Shown here: in pieces, positions 27,030-53,100 of the stretch
Layout: each line of letters begins with the position of its first letter
Numbering within the stretch: the first letter of the stretch is position 1
Source: the human T2T-CHM13v2.0 reference genome, Homo sapiens
Assembly (NCBI RefSeq): GCF_009914755.1
Contig: NC_060939.1
Reading direction: 5' to 3' (one strand)
Length of the DNA stretch: 64,000 nucleotides
Translations under genes and position numbers: made by a program
The notes under the pieces: generated by a model
The model's database searches: none
Told to the model about the DNA's origin: nothing
What the model saw: the letters and a program-made list of their open reading frames with translations, nothing else

Positions 27030-30000
27030 AATAATTTATTACATTACAGTAGCATCACAGTAGCAGTGAATAATGCCACTTTAGGCAACAGTGTTTCAGT
27101 ATTTCCATTATACATTCTGTTTACAAGAATTCATAAATTGGTAAAAGTCATTCTAAGAAAACTTGGCAAATAAAGCTTTGCATTGGAATTGGCATTTCTT
27201 TCTCTACTTTTCCTTCCCCCAGTTTCTTTCTTTTAAACTACAGTATTCATATTTTAAAATGTCTTAACTTATTTTAAAACTTAAGATAGCAGTTACATTT
27301 TTGAATAGTTATATTCTTTTAAAATGACTCTTTAAGATAAAGTTTTAGAGAAACTATTATGGATAGGACTGATTTACATTTTCACATTTTCTAAATATCA
27401 GCTTTGGTTTTAGAACTGACTTTTTTTCATTTCTGGAAAACCTATCAGATTTAATCAAATACTTTAAAAATGATTATATATTGCAATCTTTAAATCGGTT
27501 TTTAATTCTTTACTTCCTACAGAAATTCAAATTTATTCAGTTGAACCCACACTTTAAAATTCTATGTTTCTGATTAAACTCTACCCTTCTAATGTTGCCT
27601 TCTAAGCAAATTGAACGCTGCCTTATACTGAATGAGGAAGAGAACAAATACTTGGCTGAATGAGGTATTGCAAAGGACCACATGCACTTTGAAGAAAGAC
27701 TTAAGTTGTTGTCATATGATTTACATGCTATTTAATTTTTCTTAAATATATGACAGAATACCTACACAAAGAGTGGTATTTCAGTTAATATAGTACATTC
27801 ATTTTCCAGACTGACATTCAGCTTAAATATGCCGGTGTGTGATTTAATCCACAGGTACCTGATGAACACATTATTGTCAGATTGGTTGCAGGTGCTAAAG
27901 GCTAGCTGAAGATCATTCCTAGTCATTTATATTTATCAGGGTAAAAGTGAAGTGATTGAACTATAAAAATACCTTTGAAATAATTTATCAATGTATTAGG
28001 TAAACCCAGTTTCAGAATTATAAAGAAAAACTGTTAGACCAAATAAGGTGGCTAATTAACAGTGGTATGATTTCTAGCCCGAGGGTCTAAATTGGACTCA
28101 AACTGTCTTTAAACTGAACTCAAAGAATGCAAAAGTGGCAAGTTCAGAAAATAAAAGGCAAGAACAGGACTTGAAGTCCATTTTAAACCCTCGGGCTAGA
28201 AATCGTCCTACTGTTAATTAGCCACATTCGTTGGTCTAACAGTTTTTCTTTATAATTCTGGAACTGAGTTTATCTAATACATTGATAAATTCATACAATT
28301 TGGAAGAGTCAGTTGAAGTCACAAGGACTTAATATTTGCACTCTTTCACTGAATGCAGGCACATCTGTTATTCCATCTGTAAAATCGTATTATTGCTCTC
28401 CTATTAATGTCATATGTATAAAAGTATCATGAGGATGCCAAATGCTAAAAATGGAGATGGTCTAGTAACTAGAAATGCCCACCCCAGGGAGCGCACACAC
28501 ATCTCTCCCTGCATCCTAATACTGTGACGTATTTTGGAACACAGACATTAGAACTTCATGAACTTTTAGCTGTTGATTCTTTCCCAAGCATCTTAAAGTT
28601 ATGATTTAGGCAATGTATGACTGAAATAATTCACTCATCACGTATAGGCACATTAACATAAATATGGCACAAAATATGCCTCTAACTGAAACTGAGAGGT
28701 ATAAAAACATATTTCACTCTTTGTGAAGAACTTTGTGAGGAAACATAAGTCTGTCATTGTATAGACACTTTTTCTCATAATACTTGGACATTCACAAACA
28801 TTAGATTGCACTGCAGCTTGTAAACATTTTAAGTTGCATAAACTTCGCCTTGATTTTCATGTGTAGTATAATACTGTCTACTAAAACTCCTTTTTGTTTC
28901 AACTAAGTACTCTCACATATATTGGTTTATAATAATGGTTGTTATTATTTTTAAAGTGTTTTCCATTCAAAGAAAAGAAGTAAATTCCTATGTCAGAGTA
29001 ACTAATGTGGCTGAAGAATAGGTATTAGCCAGAGAGGTCTAGATGATAAAATCAATCTTCTAGCCTCAAAGAAGCTCCATGAACATAGAGGAAGGCCAGG
29101 TGTCACACAGCTTTCCTTCACTCGAATTCATTCTTGACTAGAGCCTGTATGCCTCTTCCAGGGACATTTAAACTCTTAAAGGATTTCTTATGATCTTCAC
29201 TAAATACCTTAAGAAGAATGCCAACCAGTGCCCTTTTGTGTACTGGGACATATACTCGTGATTAAAACAGGTAACATGAACTCTGACTTTAAAATGTATT
29301 GTAGATATAAATGCTCTAAGCTAGAAAAGGTTTTCCACATCCACAGTCAATGATGGGAGCCTTTCATTCCTCAGAAATAATCCCTTTTTAGGTCATCAAG
29401 AAAGGGTACAACTGCTGCAGCTCATGATGCAATATCTTCATGAGCCCAGAGCACATACAAATCCTAAGGGAACTACCATAGTACAGCGCTCATTCTTGGC
29501 ACCAGAACAAATGAAACACACTCTATCCTGCACACACCTGCCAGAGCAGGCCACTTTCCTCTTCTGTGAGATTTAAAAAGCTCCCCAAAATGTTATTACT
29601 CCCATCCCCAATACACAGAAAATAGGGAAAAGGCTGTTTCCAGTTCTTGGCCTTTAAACAACTCTAAATGTCAGTACTCACAGTGGCATATTACAAAGTA
29701 ATAAACAGTGCTCAATTGAGGGCAAACCACATATTGAGCTAATGAAGAGCTCACTGTGGTTAGGATTCGATCAAACGTAATAGCAGAACATAAGCACATT
29801 TTATCTGAATTCTGGAATGAATATACATGCTGCAATAACATTAAAAAAGCATGGCAGCCTGTTCCAAACCAGCCAGAATAGTTTTGTGCAAATTAGTGGG
29901 TCTTTGTGTGTTTGAATTCCCACCACCTAAGGGCAAACTCGATATGCATACTAATGACCTACAATTATCAAATTAAAAATAAAAATGCTAAAGGATGCCA

Positions 30001-30268
30001 GAAAGAACATCAGGGAAAGACCAACTCTCCCTTAACTTTTTACAAATAAATTTAAACGGTAAATTAGAAACACAAATAAATGTGAGTGGCTCTAGCATTC
30101 AAATGGAGTAAATGAATTGTGTAGGAGATGAACCCCGTAACTTGTTGTTGTTGTTGTTGTTTTAAATTTCTTGACCAGCTCTTAGAAGATGATGATGTTT
30201 ATCTCCCTGTTCTCGGCTGCCTGGTAGAAGAATGGCACGCAGGGTTTGCTGGGCAAGCCTGGGTGCTC
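27030..30268 (-). other. AT-rich GOLGA6 3' UTR / downstream block of the chr15 core duplicon
   Basis: Directly downstream of the GOLGA6 stop; minus-strand AATAAA (tttatt) near 27035. Literature on chr15 duplicons describes this block as ITSN2-3'UTR-related (recalled, not verified here). True transcript end not determined. Confidence 0.55.
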
Positions 30269-41859
<11,591 letters not shown>

Positions 41860-42130
41860 CAGCGAACACCTCCAGTCACCTACAAGGCTGCTGTGTGACT
41901 GAGCCAGAGGAGGCGTAACCAGGGCCACACTAGAATGCAGAATAGGGGTGTGGCCTTAATGCTCCAATCCCATTGGTCAATGAGAAAGATGAAAGGGAAA
42001 GGAGGCGTGGCCAGGCAGCAGTGTGCCCAGAGGAACCTGTGACATCACAAGGAAAGCTGCCCATGCGACTGCTGTCCCTGCCCACTTGGGGAGAGGGGCG
42101 GGGCCTGCCTACTCCGGGAGAGGGGAGGGC
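41860..42130 (-). promoter_or_regulatory. Putative GOLGA6 5' UTR / proximal promoter
   Basis: Upstream of the ATG at 41859: CCAAT (attgg near 41972), CRE-like TGACATCA at 42040-42047, GC box GGGGCGGGGC at 42095-42104. Confidence 0.55.
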
Positions 42131-42540
42131 TGGTTTTTGCTTTAAAATGTTAAAAATAAACTTTAAAAAAATATGTATTTATACTTTATATATATGTGTG
42201 TCAGTGTGTGTGTGTCTACATGTTCCTCCAGAGCTGTCTTCATTATCCAGCTTCTATGCATGGTCTATGATTTTGGCCTACATTTTTCATCTTCAGAGGG
42301 AGTATAAGAATTACCAGTATTACCCCAGTTAAGACACAAATCCTATAAAAATGGAAAATCCATAGCATGTTTGATGATTAATGAATGAAGTGGACTATAT
42401 TATCCAACATCCCAATAAGGTAAAATAATCACAATGATTTCTCGGCTTTGGAAAAAACATTTCTCTTATTCTCCTACATTATTAAGATTTTTTAAAAAAC
42501 AAGAAACATGTCTAATATCTTTAAAAACACAAAGCTTTTG

Positions 42541-42858
<318 letters not shown>

Positions 42859-43179
42859 ACACAAAGCTTTCCATTTAATAAGCACTCAAAGCTCTTTACT
42901 GGTTTAAAGCAAATACAAGGCCTATTTTTCTAGAATCACCTGGCCTCTCTAAGCCTTGCAAATGAAACTGAATTTCTCACTTGATACTTGGCTATGACTT
43001 GCAATCATGAAAACCAAGAATTGTGTTATGTCACTGTGTATTGATTGTTACCTGAATTCCACACTAGGCTGGGATCAAGGGTTGAATCTTTCATGATTTG
43101 CTCCATAACCTGTGAGCGTCTTTTCCTACACCAAACTAAGCTTTGTTCTAGAGTTCTACAATTTACAGTTAGTAGACAA

Positions 43180-43345
43180 GAGTGGTTCTCAAAAATGTAG
43201 TCTCTGGACTAGCAGCAGCAGCAGAACCTGAGAACCTTTTATAAGTGCAAATTCTCAGGCCCCACCCTGGACATGGTGAATCAGAAACTCTGGAGTAGGG
43301 CTCAGCAATCTGTGCTGCAGTCATCCCTCCAGGTGTTCAAGCACC
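43180..43345. mobile_element. MER5A-type DNA transposon fossil
   Basis: agtggttctcaaa..tggactagcagcagca..tgcaaattctcaggccccaccc..gaatcagaaactctgg. Confidence 0.75.
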
Positions 43346-44073
43346 TCTGGCATACAGCAGGCAGAAAAATGTGTTTCCTTCTGTAGGTCCAAAGCCAGGG
43401 ATACCATATGTTCTGTCTTGATATGAAACAATGGCATGCAATTAAAAGACATAAATCTCCTTCCTGCTCCCACCCTCCATCCAATGTGTTTTATTTTTAT
43501 GAGTTAAATAAGAAAACAAACGGCAATCAGAGATTCAGCCTAAAAAGTATGTTTACAAGTGTCAGTTCTCATCCAGCCTGATCTCACACAATACCATTTA
43601 CACCCTCTTCCCTCTCAAGTTTTTTAAAAAGTGTCTTCACAATGTAAGTCTCGGGCACACTAGCAGTTCTATAATAAAACACCAAGTAGATCAGAATGTC
43701 CAAACTTACTAGAGAAGAAAAGTGGAATCACTGGCTGTATTTTCAAGTTGCATTCAACAGGAAATGTAAGTTTTTCATTCTTTTCACCTTCACACTTCAA
43801 TAGCATTAAATCAGAATACTCCATTCTTCCAAAGCCTCTAGCCAGGCAAAGTTTTACTGTATTACTTCTTGCTTTCAATAGATATAAAGCAGAGTCCTGG
43901 TAGGCACATTTTGTATGCCTGCAAAGATGCAGAAGTAAACAGTTCCATCTATTCAATATTAAAACAAAAGTCCTGCAAACCTCGGATGGTGAGTGTAATA
44001 CTTCAGCACTAGCACCAAAGCCTCAAATATAAACAGATACCAATATCACCACTAGCAAACAAAATGAGCCCTC

Positions 44074-44348
44074 GGCCAGGAGCAGTAGTTCACACCTGTA
44101 ATCCCAACACTTTGGCAAGCCAAGGTGGGAGGATCACTTTAAGTCAGGAGTTCAAGACCAGCCTGGGCAGCATAGTGAATTCACATCTCTACAAAAAATC
44201 TTAAAAATTAGCTGGGGGTGGTGGCACACACCTGTAGTCCTAGCTACTTGGAAGGCTGATGTATGAAAACTGCTTCAGCTCAGGAGTACGACGCTGTGGT
44301 AGCTATGATCATGCCACTGCACTCCAGCCTGGGTGACAGAGCAAGATC
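44074..44348 (+). mobile_element. Alu (AluJ-like)
   Basis: Diverged Alu dimer lacking a tail. Confidence 0.85.
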
Positions 44349-44517
44349 TAGATAATTACAGTCTGTCCTGCTCCTGTTTATGTTAAAATGCTTTCAATCA
44401 GCAGGATAAAAATTAAGTGAAATGTGACTTGGGAGCTTGGCCAGAAAATAGGCAATGGAGAAACAGGCACTTCCCACAAGAATAAAAATGGCCAATAAGC
44501 ACATAAAAATGATTCAA

Positions 44518-44816
<299 letters not shown>

Positions 44817-46918
44817 TCAAAAGCACTAGAAACCAAAGAAATACAATGAAAACAATGAGATTTTCTCCTTAAATATCAGCAAAGAGGACAAATGGAAACG
44901 GGATACTGGAGCTCTGCCCCTGTTGGGAGTATAAACTGAACCAATTTTTCTGCAGGATAATTTGAAAATTTCTATTAAAAATCTTAAAACTATTTTATGT
45001 TATTTTTCTCCAGAAATTCTACTTCTATGACTTCAGCCCCAAAATGCTTGCTTGCGTCCATTAAAATATATATATAAGAAAATTTACTTCTGGGGTGGCA
45101 ATGATTAACTTAATACACATCGAGCTTTTAAAAAGATGATGCCAAGGATATATTTACTGCCATAGAAATATGCCCAAAACATAGCGACAAAAGACTATAT
45201 ATTACGATTCTACTTTTTAAAATGTTCATATGCATAAAAAAATATAAAAAGCAACAAACCAGAATGCTTTCAGTGGCAAAATTAAAGACTTTTCTTCATA
45301 TTTTGTCTTCCAAATTATTACAAAAAGAATGCAATTTTCTTTATAATCAGGGAGAAGTATTATTTTCATTTATTTACATATAAATTTCTTTTCTTTTCCT
45401 TATTTCTTCTAATGTATGTATCACATGTACCCTAAGAGCTTGAATCCCTACTTCTTGAGGTAAATCAGACCATTTCTGTCTCTATCAACTTGCCTTTTTT
45501 GGACATTTCAAATCAACAGAATTATACAATATGTGGTCACATGTCTGGCTTTTTACTTAGCTAAGGTTTTTGAGGTTGGTCCATGACATATAACAGGTTT
45601 TGGTAGTTTGTTCCTTTCATTACTGAGTAGAAGTCCATTGATGGATATATACCACATTTTGTCAGCAGAGAACATTTAAACTTTGCTTTCAACTTCCTAT
45701 GGTCTAAATGAAACCGCTGGAACACAGGACTTAACAGTGAAAGCTGCTGTGCATGTCAAAATAACTACTTATCAGAACCAGCTTTGTCATCAGGAGCCTG
45801 AACTGCTGCAGAAATTTTTATCATTTTGCAACTTCCTTTTTACAAGCAGCTTTTGTGCTACTACACATCAGGACTTTTGAAGCATCTGATACATCCATCT
45901 AATAAGTATGAGCATGTGTCTGAGTGGACAAGTAAAACCATCTATGCTACACTGCATATTTTTTCCTCCCCCAGACTGGACCAGGGAATCTCTCAACTTT
46001 CTAGAGTATCCTGTCTCCATTGACAAAGCTGAACAGTATTAAAGATCCTGCTGCCTTTGTTAGGCAGATTTGGAAGGGAGGCCCAACAGCAAGGGTGGAG
46101 AGGAAAAAAAGAGGGGAGCTTGTGGAACAGGAAGCCCCCTGGGGTCTGCACATGGCTCCCAGCTGTTGAGGATGTTGTGGATGGGGAAGTGCTGATGGTG
46201 TCCCGAGGCAAGCCTAGCACCTGCACTGGGCCCAGAAGGTCTTGACTTTGGCCCCTTACCCACGTTCCAGAAGTGTTTACAAGCTGGTTTTGCTTTTCTT
46301 CTTTTCCCAAATAATCATTACTTGGTAGTTAGTTATTAACCTTTCTTTGGGAGAGGGACAGAGCTTTAAAACTGAAGAACATAATTTTCATTAAAATATC
46401 AAAAATGGAAAAAAGTTACTTTGTAAACAATTTGCTATACAAACCAAATGGCAGCTGTTGAGAATCTCAATAAAGTGTTAAATGCATTTGCTGCTGTTAG
46501 AAGAAATACAGTAAAAATATTTAAAATAAAGAAAAAAATTTGCTGGCAGTGGTACCATTTGCCCAAGGTTGGGTTGCTGTGTCGTCATACTGTGGTGGGG
46601 GGTATATGTGGTGTATATGTGTGAAACTCTTCATCTCAGGATGGATCATAATGTGAGCTGCAGTTTTCCTTCCAAATAGGGTTACAAAGTAGTAAAACAT
46701 GGGCTTGGAAGTGACAGACCTGAGTGAATCAGCCAAGCTTAAAGAAAAACCCAATAAAATTAACTTTTAATAATCCTGACGTTGGTTTTTGAAACAATAG
46801 ATACAATGATTTACTCTAAGCATCAGGTTATGATTTTGAATCAGTAATACACACTGTCTCGACCCTTTTCTTTTTTTATGGAAACAGAGGTTTCACCCAG
46901 AAAACCCCAAACCGTGAC

Positions 46919-47190
46919 TTTTTTTTTTTTTTAAGACAGGGTGTCACTCTGTCGCCCAGGCTGCAGTGGAGTGGTGGATCTCAGCTCACTGCAGCCTCGA
47001 CCTCCCACCTCAGCCTCCCGAGTAGCTGGGACCACAGGCACCACCGTGCCTGGCTAATTATTGTATTTTGTGTACAGACGGGGTTTTGCCATGTTGCCCA
47101 GGGTGGTCTCAGACTTCTAGGCTCCAGCCGTTCACCCACTTCAGCCTCCCAAGGTGCTGTGTGTACAGGTGCGAGCCACTGTGCCCAACC
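46919..47190 (-). mobile_element. Alu (AluJ-like, internally deleted)
   Basis: Reverse-complement Alu with T tail. Confidence 0.85.
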
Positions 47191-50100
47191 TGCATTGACT
47201 TTTTAAAACATAAGTTCAAGCATCTCTTCCTAACTCCTTTAATTGGAGGTATCTCTTCTCTCATTCTCCTCATCTTTGGTGTTCCCCCAGAGTTCACTGC
47301 TGTCTGGATGTACAACATATATTTCAAAGTCAAGGCTGGGCTGGGTGCAGTGGCTCACGCCTATAATTGCAGCACTTTGGGAGTCCAAGGCAGGCAGATC
47401 GCTTGAGTTCAGGCAAGGTAAGGCAGGCTCCCAAGGCAGAGACTGAGGCTGACCCCTGCAGCCCCCTACTGCAGGGAGGAACACCGGGATAGGCAAGGGT
47501 CTTAACCTAGAAAGCCCCAGCAGTTCCTGTGACCATCGAGGCTTGGTGGTGGTGGAACCCAGGAATGGTCTTTGAACCCACCACCTGGAAGGGGAGCCAA
47601 GGATAGTCCTGGCCCAAAGGCTCCCCTACCTGCAGGCAGTGTGGAGGCCCAGTGAGTGGACCCCAGGAGCCCAGACCATGAGCTTACCTGGCCAAAGACA
47701 GCAGCCAGCACCAAGACACGAAAGAGGGCGGGTAGAAAGATCATCACATAGGGGTTGACGGCGGCCGGCACCAGGTTCCTCTGTACTTCTGGAACACACA
47801 GGCCCCTCCTTCCTATCCCTGAAGTGCCCCTGCCCCTACCCCAGCACCCTGAAGACCAGCCCAATATATGCATTTGTCCTGGGTCAGCCCCACTGTCCAA
47901 GCAACTGCAATTTCTCACTAGAGAGCCAGGGCAGGGCAGGGTATAGGAGGGGTCCCTGGAAGATGCCCCCCAGAATGCCCTGATGCCTAAAACGTTCCCC
48001 GTTGGGCCTTCTCAGGGAGGGAGGGTTAAGACAGCCTTGTTCTCTCCAGCTACCTCCATCACCACTGGAGCCCTTACGGGCGTCAGGGGAGAGAATTGGC
48101 TCACTGGAGCCAGGAACAGCATGGACACAGCCCTGGGGCTGAGGCTAAGTGGGCTCTGGGAGACCGTCACTCTCTCTTCAAGCTTTGGTCTCCTGGCCCT
48201 CTACAAGCCAGGCTGTTTCAGGCTTTGCGTTAGGCCTTGCTCAGAGACAGAGTTGAAACACAGCTGGTGGACACAGTGGGCTTTAGGGAGGGGGCACGTA
48301 CCTGGGGGTGGGGGCTGGGTAACAGGGAACGGAGGCCCTGGGGCTAGCATGGCCTGTCTGGAGGTGGCACAATGGGACCTGCACCACATGAGGACAGAGG
48401 GTCCACCTGGAGGAGTGGATCAGCCAGATGGCCACCAAGCTGGATGGCCACCGCCAGAGCCTGCAGGACAGCAGAGGGGGCTGGGAAGGGACAGAGGACA
48501 GCTGAGGGGCAGGGAATGTGGGTTCCTCCATACAGACACTTGAGTCTTCCCTAAGTGGGTCTTCCCCATGGGGGTGAGGGGGCATTCAAGACACACCTCC
48601 AGCCCACCTCAAACTATCACAGGAGGCCACCACCAACTCACACAGGCCAGCTGCATTGTCACAGTGACCCCAGAACAGCACAGCCCTGTCCTTCAGATAA
48701 ATAAATGGAGAGAGTGATGCATATCACAGCCAGGAGCTGGGACTCAGACCCAGGTCCAGCTGCAGTGCTGCCTCAATGGCTCCACCTGCACCTCCTCCGG
48801 GACTCAGTTCCTGCTAACAAGTGAACACTTGAGTATGGGTGAAATAGGTGCTATTATCCCTTCTGGCTGCTGGGGAAGCAAGGCACAGATGACTTGCCCA
48901 AGGCCAATGTATCATGGCTGGTTCAACCCCATCTGTCTCGGCCAGCACATCCCCAAGGCAGAGGCTTTACTGTGATCCAAACCTGGAAGGTGGCACTCCT
49001 TCCAATGTCCCACCCAGGGCACAGAGCATGCAGCCCCATGTTTGGGGAGGTGACAGGGTGGGGAGGTGACAGTGTGGGAAACAATCTGGTTAGGCCAAGG
49101 CCTCATGGAGCCCAGGGTTCCCTAGGACCAGGAGAGCTCTGGAGCCCACACTGACACCCACTGGAAACCTGGAATCTGCACCTGCAGGAGATCGGGAGAG
49201 GGGTTCGGCCTCCGATGCACCTGCAGCAAGGTGAGACAGGCACAGGTGGGCGCCCTGCTTCCAACCAGTGTCAGGTGGGCAGGAAGCAGATCTCCTCCCT
49301 GACCTTCCTCTCCTGCCTCCCCCAAGCAGAGGAGAAGGGGCAGCCGCCCATCAGGCCATTGCCCAGATTGAAGCCGCTGAAGCTAGGTCCCAACAGGTGA
49401 GTGTGACCCCTGACTATCCCAGGCCCGGCCCAAGGCAGTCATGTCTCTGGTGAGGACCTGGTAGACAGATGTGATATCCCCAAGTGGCTCTATAAACCTC
49501 TTGAGGATAATCAAGGAAATGGGCAAGAACATCATGCTCAGCCAAGAACCTGATAGGCACGAGGGGGACCAGGGCAGGTAAAAGTCAGTTTGGGTTCAGG
49601 CCTGGCCCCTGGAAGGATGGTGGATGAAGAGCCAGCCACGGTGAAAGGGAATGGATGGCCACGGGCTGGGTGGTCAGGACTGTCAGCTCCTGCAGCCCCT
49701 GCAGAACATCCGCCCAGGCCTGGCTCTGCGCTCAGCCTTCTGCCTGGAGCCACAGGTGCCTGGACACCAGCCTCAAGTAGGGATGGTGGTAGGAAAGGCA
49801 CTTGTGGCCACATGTGGGCACCTAAGCATGGGACAGAGGGGTATCATGCCCCAAAGAAATCACAGAGGCCAAGAGCTTAAGCATATGTGACACCATCAAT
49901 AAATCCCCTTGTCCTGGGTCACATCAGTTAAGTCAGAGCCTACCCTGACCCTGAAGCTGCAGCTCAGTCTGGTTGAGACTCACAAAGAGATGTTAGTGCT
50001 GGGCAGGGGGCCTGGAAGACTCCTGGGGTGAATGGAAGTCAGTGCCCTTGGGTGCTAGTATCTGTCTTCCCGGCCACCGCTAGATCAGGCTTCTGAGCCT

Positions 50101-53100
50101 GTTGGCTGTCAGGGCTGGACTGTGCCCCATAGGCACCATGGCAGTCCCAATGAAATCCACCAGGTGTCACTAGGCAGCATAAAGGTAACAGGCCTGGAAG
50201 GTCACCAACAGCCCAGCTGGACATGCTCAGACAACTCTGGGGCTCCTCATTCAGTGGCACAAACTCCAGGACCCAGTGAGGGAAAAAGGAACACACCAGG
50301 CTGAGCAGTATGGCTAAATCCATTTATTCCAAAATGAAAAGCAAAATAAACGGGAGTCGCATCACCAGGGAGCCACAACCCCATCCCCGCCTCCTTCCTC
50401 TGCCCCATGCTATCAATAAATAAGTTTCCCAGCCACAAATAATGATTAGAACCTCCTCCTCATATGCCAGCTCCAACCTCTGCTAGGTACGATACAGGGG
50501 GTGGCCCTACCCCCTGGAATATACAAAATGTTACACAGATACTATATGTACACTGGGGCCTTCCCAGCAGCCCGTGCCCTCACCTGCTCTACAGTTAGCC
50601 CCATTGTCCCTGCCTCAGCTGCCTCTCTGAATAAGAAGATGGGAGCCCCCTGAGGGAAAAGTTGCTTTGGTGAGGGTAGGGAGGCCATCAGGCCGCCTCC
50701 AAACAAACCGACTCCACCAGCCTCTGGCTCTTAAATAACAATCATCATCATCCAGAAATCTAAGGACTCAGCCCTGGTCAAGGTGGCAAAGGGTCTGTTT
50801 GTCTCTCCCCATTAGACAGGGGTCTTGTCTTGCTACCCTAATGATAAAGGGGTAGGAAGGGATGGTAGGGACACGATGGCGGCAGAGACTCCAGCCCCAC
50901 TTCTCCAGGCTTATGCTGACAGAGGCCTGCTTTTATTTATTTTTATTTATATCCCATGACTTATTTTTTAATCCCGTAACTTCTTTTTCATAATACTTTT
51001 TTTAAACTTTTCATAAAACTTTAAATAATTTTTTCACAACTTTTTTTGCCACGACTTTTCCACATTTTTTATCCCATAACTTTTTCATCCTACAACATTT
51101 TCTAAATCCCATAACTTCTTTTTAGTTTGTATTCTTTTAATAAACACACTTGCATAGTTAATTACAATTTTGTAAAAATAAAAACTGATTATCTCATGCC
51201 AAGCGTGCCCAGCATTTGCACAGTCTCAATACCTGTAATACTATAGTTTTCAAGACACACAAAATTTTAAGGCAAAAACAGCACTTTGCAACAATTTAAT
51301 AATTTATTACATTACAGTAGCATCACAGTAGCAGTCAACAATGCCACTTTAGGCAACAGTGTTTCAGTATTTCTATTATACATTCTGTTTACAAGAATTC
51401 ATAAACTGGTAAAAGTCATTCTAAGAAAACTTGGCAAATAAAGCCTTGCATTGGAATTGGCATTTCTTTCTCTACTTTTCCTTCCCCCAGTTTCTTTCTT
51501 TCAAACTACAGTATTCATATTTTAAAGTGTTTTAACTTATTTCAAAACATTAAGATAGCAGTTACATTTTTGAATAGTTATATTCTTTTAAAATGACTCT
51601 TTAAGATAAAGTTTTAGAGAAACTATATTATGGATAGGGCTGATTTATATTTTCACATTTTCTAAATATCAGCTTTGGTTTTAGAACTGACTTGTTTTCA
51701 TTTCTGGAAAACCCATCAGGTTAAACAAATACTTTAAAAATGATTATATATTGCAATCTTTAAATAGATTTTTAATTCTTTACTTCCTACAGAAATTCAA
51801 ATTTATTCAGTTGAACCCACACTTTAAAATTCTATGTTTCTGATTAAACTCTACCCTTCTAATGTTGCCTTCTAAGCAAATTGAAAGCTGCCTTAAACTG
51901 AATGAGGAAGAGAACAAATACTTGGCTGAATGAGGTATTGCAAAGGACCACATGCACTTTGAAGAAAGACTTAAGTTGTTGTCATATGATTTACATGCTA
52001 TTTAATTTTTCTTAAATATATGACAGAATACCTACACAAAGAGTGGTATTTCAGTTAATATAGTACATTCATTTTCCAGACTGACATTCAGCTTAAATAT
52101 GCCGGTGTGTGATTTAATCCACAGGTACCTGATGAACACATTATTGTCAGATTGGTTGCAGGTGCTAAAGGCTAGCTGAAGATCATTCCTAGTCATTTAT
52201 ATTTATCAGGGTAAAAGTGAAGTGATTTGAACTATAAAAATACCTTTGAAATAATTTATCAATGTATTAGGTAAACCCAGTTTCAGAATTATAAAGAAAA
52301 ACTGTTAGACCAAATAAGGTGGCTAATTAACAGTGGTATGATTTCTAGCCCGAGGGTCTAAATTGGACTCAAACTGTCTTTAAACTGAACTCAAAGAATG
52401 CAAAAGTGGCAAGTTCAGAAAATAAAAGGCAAGAACAGGACTTGAAGTCCATTTTAAACCCTCGGGCTAGAAATCGTCCTACTGTTAATTAGCCACATTC
52501 GTTGGTCTAACAGTTTTTCTTTATAATTCTGGAACTGAGTTTATCTAATACATTGATAAATTCATACAATTTGGAAGAGTCAGTTGAAGTCACAAGGACT
52601 TAATATTTGCACTCTTTCACTGAATGCAGGCACATCTGTTATTCCATCTGTAAAATCGTATTATTGCTCTCCTATTAATGTCATATGTATAAAAGTATCA
52701 TGAGGATGCCAAATGCTAAAAATGGAGATGGTCTAGTAACTAGAAATGCCCACCCCAGGGAGCGCACACACATCTCTCCCTGCATCCTAATACTGTGACG
52801 TATTTTGGAACACAGACATTAGAACTTCATGAACTTTTAGCTGTTGATTCTTTCCCAAGCATCTTAAAGTTATGATTTAGGCAATGTATGACTGAAATAA
52901 TTCACTCATCACGTATAGGCACATTAACATAAATATGGCACAAAATATGCCTCTAACTGAAACTGAGAGGTATAAAAACATATTTCACTCTTTGTGAAGA
53001 ACTTTGTGAGGAAACATAAGTCTGTCATTGTATAGACACTTTTTCTCATAATACTTGGACATTCACAAACATTAGATTGCACTGCAGCTTGTAAACATTT

